Source of the DNA: Vitrella brassicaformis CCMP3155
Taxonomy: Eukaryota; Protista; Chromerida
Length of the DNA stretch: 64,000 nt
Reading direction: 5' to 3'
Assembly: GCA_001179505.1 (NCBI GenBank)
Contig: CDMY01000439.1
Coordinates: 1-64,000 of the forward strand
Below are positions 1 through 10,484 of the stretch, piece after piece. Both the position numbers and the translations under genes were made by a program. The notes under the pieces are model-generated. The model did not search any database. It was not told the DNA's origin and worked only from the letters and a program-made list of their open reading frames with translations. Within the stretch, counting starts at the first letter, position 1. The number at the start of each line of letters is the position of its first letter.

Positions 1-760
1 ACTTGACGATGGCATTCTTTTATCTCGACCGCACTCGGCAAAGGACCCAGCTTCCGCAGAGACATGAACTTCTCCACCCCGCCCCACGTGAAGCCCCCCC
101 TGTCGCCACCCGACCCCGCCGCGGCCTTGACGGCCTTCTCGAAGCAGTCCTTGGCCGCATTGTAGAGGTCGCACATGCGCGAGTCGATCTGTTTGTCTCA
201 CGACGTGGGAATGGGCATCTCATCCTCGGGCGCGACAGTGGCCGTGTCGGGCGCCCCGGCCGCCTTGGCCGCTCTGGCCGCTGATGGGATGGTGGGGTGG
301 GGGATTCTGCGGCCGTTCTTTGTTCCGTCTGTGGCGGTTTGGGGATGAAGGCGTGTGGGTCATCTCGGGCGGTGGCTCGGTCACGACGTCCGCTTCATGT
401 GCCGTCCCAGCATCGGTGGAGGCGTCGTCCACGCCACACGTGCGGCCCCGCTTGAGGAAGTCGTCCACGTCCCTCTTGACGGTGCGGATGTGCTCGAGCA
501 GAGAGGTCACTGAGGGGTCCAACCGGGCGTTGAGCTCATCGAGGTCATAGAAGGGGTCCAGGCCAAGCAGCCCTCTGTCGCCCCCGCCCAGCCCGTCAGA
601 GCTGCGGGCGCTGGCGATGGCGATGCGCTCGATGATCAGACGAGACGCAGCAGGAAAGTCAGACACTCGCATTCTGGGGCAGGCATTCCTGGCACGAGAG
701 TGTGGGGTCAGGCATGCTGGCGCACTGGGCAACCTCCAGATCGGCTGCTTAGACGCGGTC
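1..760 (-). CDS. Partial multi-exon gene of unknown function ('gene Y'), runs off the left edge; has an in-frame TGA at 198-200
   Basis: Protein-like frames LGLDPFYDLDELNARLDPSVTSLLEHIRTVKRDVDDFLKRG and APEDEMPIPTS*DKQIDSRMCDLYNAAKDCFEKAVKAAAGSGGDRGGFTWGGVEKFMSLRKLG; exon structure uncertain. Confidence 0.4.
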
Positions 761-938
761 GCATATCCTGGGGTGGCTCTGGTGGTGAGGGGAGGGGCGG
801 TATGGTCTTGAAAAATGTGCTGAGCGACGGGACTTGACGACCAGCTGCACAGAGCCCTCAATGGCCGTTCTTGTTCGCCACACACGCGCCGACCCAGGAC
901 CACATTTGGTTCCACAATTGTCGGCAGCAGCCGCACAC

Positions 939-1897
939 TCACCCTGGTACCGTCCAGATAAATGCCCACAGTCGCTGCCACCACGTCATTGGGGGAGGTG
1001 GCACCAGACGTCCTCCGCTGCGTGGGGTCGACGCACCGGATGCCGCTTGGCTGTGGGCCGGCGAGGCGGGCTGGATGAGGGGCGAGGAGGGGATCGGTGT
1101 GGGGGAGCCGCTCGGCCGGAAGGCCAGGGCGAGCAAAGGAGGTTGCGCTGTGCAGGGCGGGGTGGTCGGTGAAGTCCCAAACTCCTCTGTATTATTGAGC
1201 TCTGTGTGCATCCATCGATAGCATACGAACGTCAATGGGCAAGTACGTCTTGCCTTACGAGAGAAGTCGGGCATCCTGAGGTTGCACATCCACGGCGGAA
1301 GAGGGGGCGTTCGGCTCCCAGCTGCCTCACTGGCCTCCGAGGGCTCACGGCTGACACCACCTTTCTTGCCGCCGCCTGAGCACACACAGAGTAATTCGCA
1401 GCGGCATGACGTAGGCATCCAGTCTCCCATGCAGCTAACCCCTTGACGAATTTGATGACAATTCCTCAATGCGACCCCGAGACTCTGACGCCAGAGAGCG
1501 ACACACACCCACCTGCGGCAACTCTACTACATCGGCGTCACATCTTACGTTGCATTGCATCAAGCAAGAAGGCCTGTCTGGCGAATTCTGGGTTGGCCTG
1601 CATGAACAGACCTGCGGACGAGCGAAGAGCGAGGAGGGGGTCCATACAGAGTCCACACCCGCAAACGGGGTCCGCTCAAGCCTTTCCCTTACCGGCCTGT
1701 CGTTCGAGGTTGCGGAGGCCTCTGGTGAAGAAGTTGTCCCTCCTCCTGTCCCTCTTCTCAATTTCGATCACCAAGGCCTGCACACGAAGGAGGAAGACGT
1801 GGAGGAAGGGGGGATGACACATGGGAGGAGTGAGATCGGTGCTTGCCCTTCGTTCGTCCTCTGGCGTTGGTTCCGGCTCCTCGATAAAAGACGTCAT
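939..1897 (-). pseudogene. Copy 1 of 'gene X' (unknown Pro/Ser-rich protein with Trp/Cys-rich tail), two nonsense codons
   Basis: Exons MTSFIEEPEP.., ALVIEIEKRDRRRDNFFTRGLRNLERQAGKGKA*, ESRGRIEE.., PWMCNLRMPDFS, ..MTWWQRLWAFIWTVPG*; TGA at 1676-1678 and 939-941 where copy 2 has CGA. Confidence 0.7.
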
Positions 1898-2352
1898 TCT
1901 CTTCGATGACTGACACGCGTGTTGTCACGTCTTCTCGTGTGACTCGAGTGGTCTTCCTTTTCTAGGCTTGCAGCCGTTGGGTTGCCGTTGGACGATCGAG
2001 TCGACGAGGAATTTCGGCCGATAAGTAGGTTTTCTTGCCTTACTTCTCTGTTGAATGGACTTTCCAGACTTGTCATTCACATGCAGTGTCATGTACACAC
2101 AAAACATCCACGTAAAAATGGCCCAAAAAGCAGAGTGACGGCAGAGACCTTAACTGAACACACTCGATCTTTCCCACCCTAAAAAAGCACACCCAAGCCG
2201 ACCTGCCACTTCATCGAGCGACCTAAGAATAGGACCTTTTCACACCGAAAGAGAGAAAAATCCTGTCCTCTCACCCTCGACATGCAAAACACCAAGGCGA
2301 CTTGATCACGGAAGGCAAAATATGTAAAAAAAAAAAAACCCTTCCCCGAGGG

Positions 2353-2950
2353 TCAATGGAGCAAGAGGCACTGCAGAATGAAAAGGCGCAAGGCGCTGCA
2401 GCTGGATGACATGCCGCACTCAGCCACCGCCTCGCTCAGCCGCACGCACGCGTGACAAACGCGACGCCGCTCAAACATTTCTCGCTCCGCGCGACCGCCG
2501 CTCTCTCTGCTGCTACGGCCGCCTTGGCTGCTGTTGCCGCTGATGGTATGTGTGGGGCGGGGTGTGGGGCTCTGCGGCCGTCTTTGTTCCGTCTGTGCCG
2601 GTCTGGGGATAAGAGCGTGTGGGTGGACGGGGGTGGGGGTCACCTCGGGCGGTGGCTCGGTCACGCCGTCCGCTTCATGGGCCGACTCTGCATCGGTGGA
2701 GGCGTCGTCCACGCCACACGTGCGGCCTCGCTTGAGGAAGTCGTCGCTTGACGGTGCGGATGTGCTCGAGCAGAGAGGTCACGGAGGGGTCCAACCGGGC
2801 GTTGAGCTCATCGAGGTCATAGAAGGGGTCCAGGCCAAGCAGCCCTCTGTCGCCCCCGCCCAGCCCGTCGGAGCTGCGCGCGTTAGCGATGGCGATGCGC
2901 TCGATGATCAGACGAGAGGGAGCAGGAAAGTGAGACACTCGCATTGAAAC
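2353..2950 (-). pseudogene. Truncated, frameshifted duplicate of gene Y with a different 3' end
   Basis: Same DPFYDLDELNARLDP exon as copy 1, with an 8-nt deletion near 2745 (tcgtcgcttgac vs tcgtccacgtccctcttgac) and different sequence left of ~2540. Confidence 0.55.
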
Positions 2951-3111
2951 CCTGTGTGGGGCAGGCATGCTGGCGCACTGGGCGACCTCCAGATCGACTG
3001 CTAAGACGCGGTCGCATATACTGGGGTGGCTGTGGCGGTGGGGGGGAGGGGCGGGATGGTCTTGAGAAATGTGCTGAGCAACAGGACTTGACGACCAGCC
3101 GCACAGAGCCC

Positions 3112-4143
3112 TCAATGGCCCTTCTTGTTCGCCACACACGCGCCGATCCAGGAGCACATTTGGTTCCACAACTGTCGGCGGCAGCCGCACACTCGCCCTG
3201 GTACCGTCCAGATAAATGCCCACAGTCGCTGCCACCACGTCATTGGGGGAGGTGGCACCAGACGTCCTCCGCTGCGTGGGGTCGACGCACCGGATGCCGC
3301 TTGGCTGTGGGCCGGCGAGGCGGGCTGGATGAGGGGCGAGGAGGGGATCGGTGTGGGGGAGCCGCTCGGCCGGAAGGGCAGGGCGAGCAAAGGCGGTTGC
3401 GCTGCGCAGGGCGGGGTGGTCGGTGAAGTCCCAAAGTCCTCCGTATTACTGAGCTCTGTGTGCATCCATCGATAGCATACGAACGTCAATGGGCAAGTAC
3501 GTCTTGCCTTACGAGAGAAGTCGGGCATCCTGAGGTTGCACATCCACGGCGGAAGGGGGGGCGTTCGGCTCCCAGCTGCCTCACTGGCCTCCGAGGGTTC
3601 ACGGCTGACACCACCTTTCTTGCCGCCGTCTGAGCACACACACAGGGATGGCAATGGCATGACATAGGCATCCAGTCACGCGTGCAGCTGACCTCTTGAC
3701 GAATTTGATGACAATTCCTCAATGCGACCCCGAGACTCTGACGCCAGAGAGCGACACACACCCACCTGCGGCAACTCTACAACATCGGCGTCACATCTCA
3801 CGTTGCATTGCGTCAAGCAAGAAGGCCTGTCTGGCGAATTCTGGGTTGGCCTGCATGAACAGACCTGCGGACGAGCGAAGAGCGAGGAGGGGGTCCATAC
3901 AGACACACCCTCAAACGGGTCCGCTCGAGCCTTTCCCTTACCGGCCTGTCGTTCGAGGTTGCGGAGGCCCCTGGTGAAGAAGTTGTCCCTCCTCCTGTTC
4001 TCCTCAATATCCATCATGAAGGCCTGCACAAGAGGAAGGAGGAAGGGGGCGCGTTGTCCTTCTCATCGTGGAGTGAGATAATCATTGGGGCTTGCCCTTT
4101 GCTCCTCAAGCGTTGGTTCCGGCTCCTCGATGAGCGACGTCAT
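3112..4143 (-). CDS. Copy 2 of gene X, apparently intact multi-exon gene of unknown function
   Basis: ATG at 4143, GT-AG introns conserved across copies, ends MTWWQRLWAFIWTVPGRVCGCRRQLWNQMCSWIGACVANKKGH*. Confidence 0.65.
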
Positions 4144-4745
4144 TCTCCTTCGATGACTGACGCGTGTTGTCACGTTCTCTCGTATTTCCACTCGAGTGTT
4201 TCTTCCTGTAAGCTAAGCTTGCAGCCGTTGGGTCGCCGTTGGACGATCGGAGTCGGCAACGAGGAGGAATTTCGGCCGATAAGTAGGTTTCCTTGCCTTA
4301 CTTCTCTGTTGAATGGACTTTCCAGACTTGTCATTCACATGCAGTGTCATGTACACACAAAAACATCCATGTAAAAATGGCCCAAAAGCAGAACTGACGG
4401 GAGAGGGCTTCTGAACACACACAATCTTTCACACCCTAAAAGAACCACAACCAAGCCGACCTGCCACTTCACCGAGCGACCTAAGATAGTAAGTATAGGG
4501 CACTTCCACACCGAAAGAGAGAAAAATCCTGTCTTCTTCCCCTCGAGATGCAAAACACCAAGGCGACCTGATCAAGGAAGGCCAAATGTGTGCAAAAACC
4601 CTTTTCCCGAGGGTCAATGGAGCAAGGGGGACTGCAGAATGAAAAGGCGCAAGGCGCTGCAGCTGGATGACATGCCGCACTCAGCCACCGCCTCGCTCAG
4701 CCGCACGCACGCGTGACAAAGGCGACGCCGCTCAAACATTTCTCG

Positions 4746-5045
4746 NNNNNNNNNNNNNNNNNNNNNNNNNNNNNNNNNNNNNNNNNNNNNNNNNNNNNNN
4801 NNNNNNNNNNNNNNNNNNNNNNNNNNNNNNNNNNNNNNNNNNNNNNNNNNNNNNNNNNNNNNNNNNNNNNNNNNNNNNNNNNNNNNNNNNNNNNNNNNNN
4901 NNNNNNNNNNNNNNNNNNNNNNNNNNNNNNNNNNNNNNNNNNNNNNNNNNNNNNNNNNNNNNNNNNNNNNNNNNNNNNNNNNNNNNNNNNNNNNNNNNNN
5001 NNNNNNNNNNNNNNNNNNNNNNNNNNNNNNNNNNNNNNNNNNNNN
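4746..5045. other. Assembly gap (300 N)
   Basis: Run of N. Confidence 1.
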
Positions 5046-5525
5046 GCATCCAGTCACGCGTGCAGCTGACCTCTTGACGAATTTGATGACAATTCCTCAA
5101 TGCGACCCCGAGACTCTGACGCCAGAGAGCGACACACACCCACCTGCGGCAACTCTACTACATCGGCGTCACATCTCACGTTGCATTGCGTCAAGCAAAA
5201 AGGCCTGTCTGGCGAATTCTGGGTTGGCCTGCATGAACAGACCTGCGGACGAGCGAAGAGCGAGGAGGGGGTCCATACAGAGTCCACACCCGCAAACGGG
5301 TCCGCTCGAGCCTTTCCCTTACCGGCCTGTCGTTCGAGGTTGCGGAGGCCCCTGGTGAAGAAGTTGTCGCTCCTCCTGTCCCTCTCCTCCAATTCCCTCA
5401 GGAAGGCCTGCACAAGAGGATGGAGAAGGGGGGATGACACATGTCACGTCAGGAGGAGTGAGATTGGGGCTTGCCTTTCGTTCGTCCTCAGGCGTTGGTT
5501 CCGGCTCCTCGATGAAACACGTCAT
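5046..5525 (-). CDS. Copy 3 of gene X, 5' part only (3' part in the gap)
   Basis: MTCFIEEPEP.. and DNFFTRGLRNLERQAGKGKARADPF.. exons; frame open where copy 1 has a stop. Confidence 0.6.
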
Positions 5526-5700
5526 GTCCTTCGATGACTGACACGCGTGTCGTCACGTCTTCTCTCGTATGTTCCAGTGAGTGGTCTTCCTTTTCTAAGC
5601 TTGCAGCCGTTGGGTTGCCGTTGGACGATCGAGTCAACGACAAATTTCGGCTGAATCATCTTGAGTACACCATTGAAGGCATTTTTATATGACGAGTCGG

Positions 5701-6740
5701 ATGGATATCGTGGCGAACGAGGCGAACGAGGCGAGCGAGGCGAGCGGGGACAGTGGACCTGACGTCTTCTTGGGCGAGCGACGACCACGAGGACTCGGAG
5801 AGGCCCTTGATCCTAGAGGCTTCTTTTCGGTCGACCCAGTTACCTTCACCGGAATCACAAGAGTTTTTCGAGTAGCATATCGAGCAGCAGGTAGGCACAA
5901 GCGGGACACCAAGTCGGGGGAGGCGGGAGGGGAGCGGAGGGGGACACATCTCTGTTGACCTGTTCGATCCAGAAACGGTTGCGCGCGCCAATCCGGAGCT
6001 TATGGAGTACCTGGCGATGCAGGACGCCATGCAAGGTGTGCACACGTACGACGCCAGTGTACTCATATCACGGTGTGTGTTGCCGTCTGTCGTCATGGCA
6101 TCAGAGTCTCGGGGCCGCATTGAGGAAGTGTTGTCGTTGAAGGGATCACAGGGTCACTTTCATGCCAAATTGAAATCGTCCATCAAGTGTTCCTGTAGTA
6201 TATTGTATGCTTCTGCATGTTCAGATGGTCATAAGAAGGGCCGCGAGCCCTCAGAGGGCAGTGTGTCAGGAGGGCAGCGGACGCCCACTCTGCCGCCATT
6301 TATGTCAAACCTGAGAATGCCCGACCTTTCAGGTGAGACGATACTCCACGCCAATAGATAACCTATGGTTTGTGTGTGTTTGCATGCGCACAGCCATCTA
6401 CAGAGAGGAGTTTGGAGAGGCGGCTTCACCGACCACCCCGCCCTGCACAGCGCAACCGCCTTTGCTCGCCCTGCCCTTCCGGCCGAGCGGCTCCCCCACA
6501 CCGATCCCCTCCTCGCCCCTCATCCAGCCCGCCTCGCCGGCCCACAGCCAAGCGGCATCCGGTGCGTCGACCCCACGGAGCGGAAGACGTCTGGTGCCAC
6601 CTCCCCCAATGACGTGGTGGCAGCGACTGTGGGCATTCATCTGGGCGCTGCCCGCTCGGCTGTGCGGCTGCTGTCGGCAACTATGGAACCAAATGTGCTC
6701 CTGGGTCTGCGGCTGTGTTGGAAACAAGAAGAGCTATTGA
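5701..6740 (+). CDS. Inverted paralog of gene X with different 5' exons
   Basis: Exons MDIVANEANE..YRAA / ETVARANPELMEYLAMQDAMQ / ESRGRIEEVL..PFMSNLRMPDLS / AIYREEFG..MTWWQRLWAFIWALPARLCGCCRQLWNQMCSWVCGCVGNKKSY*; splice phases consistent. Confidence 0.7.
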
Positions 6741-7963
6741 GGCCTCTGCGCATGTCGTTGTCGCGTCTCGTTGGTCAGCCTTTTGCTGGCCATTTGAGGC
6801 AGCGGCGTATCGGTGGGAAGGGAGAGTGTGTGTATGATGGGACGCACTGATTTTATGCTGCGGTCTTCCAACCATCCCTTCTGTATTTCTCGGTCAAGCG
6901 GAGGTGCTGGTTGGCTCTGTCGACACTGATTGTGGCCTTGTTTGGTAAGGTTTCCCGTGTGACAGACAGCTTTGGCGATTGAGGATTTAAGTTCTGAAGT
7001 GCACTCTATTTATGAAGTCCATGTCCTCCATCCTTCTAGCGATCCACCATCACTCACCCTATGTGATCATGATGACGTGTACATTCACGCGTGAGATAGT
7101 GAATGTTGTTCTCCGTCTGACATGCAATCACACTCAGCGACGAGCCGACGACCGTCAGCCCGTCGGAAAAACTATCGGCTGATCGTGGTGGGTGGACTGA
7201 TGTGTTGATTGCCATCGACGTAGCCGACCAATCCGGTCAGTTGATGGCATGGGTGTGCATGAGTCGGTTCAACGGAGAGGGGCGCATGTCTCCTACACCT
7301 ACACAGTGCACTGCGTATACCAAGCTGCCGCTTCAACTCACCTGTAAGAGCAACGACACATTTCATGACGTTGCGTGCGAAGCCATAGACTCCGGCACAA
7401 GAGACATATTCTTCTCGCATGTCGGCTGTGCTATGTGTGAGTGAGACACAGCCTGATGAGCATCACTAATCGCCGTCAGATGAGTGGGAGATTTTGGCGT
7501 TTTTCCCATTTAGTGCCAGTTTCGGGTGAGAGAGATTACACGTGACATTATTGATTGTGAGGCTTCGACGCATTGAACCAATTTTGACTGTCAAACACTG
7601 ACTCAATTTCCTCATTCGCCTCATCGAGCCAGGCAGCCTACTGCGAGGCCCTGGTGACTCAGCGCCGAGTCATTCGAAAACGGCTAAGTGGGAGTATCGC
7701 TATGCGAAACCAAACAGTAATGCCGGTCGGAATGAATCGCCCATCTCCCCACAAGCAATGCATCCTCCCCACGCGCACATGCACAGACCCAAACACACTC
7801 AGAGGGGAAGACACCCGTGTAGTGTATGTGCGTATACACCAGGCACCCACGTGTACACGTACAGACAAGATCTAGAACGAGCGTCTGTGTCACTGTACAC
7901 CGCGGCGACAAACGACACTCAATAATTAGCCGCCAGCCTCACAACAGTCTGACGGCCTGCAGC

Positions 7964-8345
7964 TCATCCCAGCTGCAGCCCCTGTGTGGTGCCCCTGATC
8001 CTCTCTACTCCGTCACTGGCGTCGATCTTGAGGAAGTAGTTCTGGCAGTGGAATGCCCTGTGGCACGCGTGGCTGTCCACACCAGAACCTGACGCGTACA
8101 CCACACCCACACGCACCCCACCACCACCACCACCACCAAACACGCAACCCATGAGCACACCGCCCCTCTTTGTGTCTGTCGTCGTGCCTTTCTTGTCATC
8201 TCACCGGCGCAGTGGAGGCACAGCTTCTCCGCGGCCCTCAGCCTCGACTCGTTCACCTCGAGCCGCCGAAGCAGCGCAGCCACTGACGCACCGCGCTGCG
8301 CTGCTCGCTCCACGGCCTCAGAGAAAGCCTTCAGAAACTGACCCT
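7964..8345 (-). CDS. Two exons encoding a B-family DNA polymerase (Pol zeta/delta) C-terminal CysB-like motif; fragment or mini-gene
   Basis: Exons 8345-8205 and 8088-7964 join in phase 1 to give LLRRLEVNESRLRAAEKLCLHCAGSGVDSHACHRAFHCQNYFLKIDA, resembling REV3/POLD1 LE..L..CxxC..C..CxxF; no polymerase core upstream. Confidence 0.5.
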
Positions 8346-8978
8346 CTGAGGGCAGAAAAGAGCACATAAATCATGTGTGTCGTGTGCTGCACGCCAGCGG
8401 TTGTCGTGCAGTGCCCATCTTGGTCTGCTGCGACATCCGACAACGAAACGTAGAAGAAAGGAAGATACTGCACAGACACAGCGACGCACACAGACAAAGC
8501 CAGCAACTTCTTCTCTGTCCCGCAGCGTTTTCTCTTTTCTTCTGTCGCCTCACCCCGTGGACGTGGACGCAGACTTGCTGCCCGTAGAGTGTGTTGCCGA
8601 CGAGCTCTCACCATCAGGCAGCCGACAGATGGGAGATGGGTCGGCCACCGACGGGCGTGGTTGTGGTTGTTCCAGTGGATGGATGGGTCGTTGGTGGATG
8701 TAGTCATGGCTACGATGGTCACTGAAAGGAACGCATCCGGCGGGGCGGCGTCGCTGTGGATCATCAGCAGGGGCGACGAGATGATGAGCGGAAATCAATC
8801 AGGCAGCCATCTCCTCATCTCCTTATCTCCTTATCTCCTTCATCTTTCGTCCCTCTTCCCTGTTGCAGCGGTTTCTGGGAGCACCCCAGGCGACCTGGTT
8901 TCCCTGCAGCAGCGCGTGAAAATCTCGAGCGACACAGCACGCGTGGAAAATGGGACGATGTCAGGTCGTCTGAGAACG

Positions 8979-10254
8979 ATGCGCCTCATCATCGACTTGT
9001 TCATTCTGGGAACTGCCGGCGCTGCGTTCATTTCGCGGCATCTCGCCACAGGACTACTCGCCAGACGCTCGCCCAGACACGTCACTGCGCGGCGGACGCT
9101 GCACGTAAGAGCAACCAGACAGAACAGAAACGTGGCGCCAGCTGACTGTCCTGTGGTGTCGTTACTTGCGGCAGGATGACCAAGAAGAGCGGCCGTGGTA
9201 TTTGGTGGATCGGGAGGCGCGGGTTTTCATCGGTGAAGTGCAGTGCGGGCTTGGCTACGATGCCCAATGGATACATCCTGTACACCCGCCGCTGATTCTC
9301 TACGCGATTGGCTGGCCGGATGATTGGTCTCGGTTGAAGGAAAAGTACTCGAGCCACCTGATCCAGACAAGCCCCGGTGACGAGGACGAGATGACGAGTC
9401 TTGTGGCACACAAGGGCTTCGACATGAGGACCATCAAGGACGATTGGAACTCTGGCCGGCTGCAGGAGCAGATTGAGTTGATGATGCTGATGAAGAAAAA
9501 GATGAGGGGATGGGCCTACAACACGGAGAGGGGCGGAGGGCAGTGGGAATACGAGAATATGGACATCCAAGCGGCGTGCTTTATCACTGGAGGACCGGAG
9601 GTCTTCAATTTTCCATGGGGAGAGGAGGCCTTGAATATCACATGGGGAGAGGAGGCCTTCGATATCACATTGGGAGAGGAGGCCTTCAAGAGGTGGATCG
9701 GCAACAAGGCTGAGGACGAGGCAATGAATGAGGCGCTCCAGTACCTAAGCGACATGAACGTCTCCCTTTTCTACTACAGCAGCAGCCTGCTGGGCATGAG
9801 CACCTATATGCAGACTGGGGCAAGTCTAAAGAAAAGGCTGAATGAGACCGGCCGGCAGAGAGACGAGTATGAGCAGTGGGTTGCTGAGAGGTCAACGACC
9901 GATGACTTTCAGCAGTGGCGCGCCGAGAGAGCTAAGAGAAGAAAGAGAGAGCGCGAGGAGTTGGACGAGAGAGCAGAGAAAGTGATGGCCGTTCAGTCAA
10001 TGTCAGGAACTGGGGCAGAGAAGGCGGCATTGAAGGAGCTGCGCCGCTGGGAACGGGCAGCGGAAGAAGAGGCGGAAAAGAAGAAAAAGAAGCAACAGGT
10101 ACAACAGGCAGCGAAAGCGGTGGAGAAAGAGGAAGAGCTCCGAGTGCAGGAGATCAGAGAGCTACGTGAGGAGCTAATAAATGCCAGGAGGAGTTTCACT
10201 GTCCTTAAGGTTGTAGTGGGGTGTGCTCAGCGCATTGATAACTGGTTCCACTAG
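8979..10254 (+). CDS. Family copy A: signal+transit-like leader, unknown alpha/beta domain, charged coiled-coil tail
   Basis: Exon1 8979-9104 (MRLIIDLFILGTAGAAFISRH..), intron GTAAG..GCAG, exon2 9175-10254 open to TAG. Confidence 0.85.
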
Positions 10255-10484
10255 AGTGTGCTCGGCACACCGATGACTGGTTGTAGTTGGTTATCGGTTA
10301 TTGTGTTTAGCACTAAGTGCCTTCTCACGCCTGCCCTTCGGGCAGAAGATCTGTATTTTTTAAGTCCGACGGCGCCGTCGGCCCTAACTCATAAGGCCAG
10401 GTGAAGATCTCCTCGGCTGCCATGACCTGGACGGGGATGGTTCATCATTGGTGCATCGTCGCGCGTGAGAATTGTCTGACAACG

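Larger units (their letters stand above)
284..5640. repeat. Tandem segmental array, period ~2.26 kb, at least 3 copies, with an N-gap in the third
   Basis: 284-2350 aligns by eye to 2540-4610; 2353-2485 recurs at 4613-4745; 5046-5640 matches ~3667-4260. Confidence 0.95.

Noticed and set aside
284-4610. The 2.26-kb direct repeats as LTRs of a retroelement
   Set aside because: The units abut directly, contain intron-bearing genes, and show no TG..CA ends, PBS or internal gag-pol
4614-5139. ORFs spanning the first N-gap
   Set aside because: Artifacts of translating N as X
8555-8610. Minus-strand LVGNTLYG as polymerase-B motif B upstream of the CysB fragment
   Set aside because: It lacks the catalytic Lys context, the frame is closed just upstream, and it is far too close to CysB
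10366-10381. 16-bp perfect palindrome ccgacggcgccgtcgg upstream of copy B
   Set aside because: A single GC-rich occurrence that I did not find upstream of the paralogs; plausible by chance
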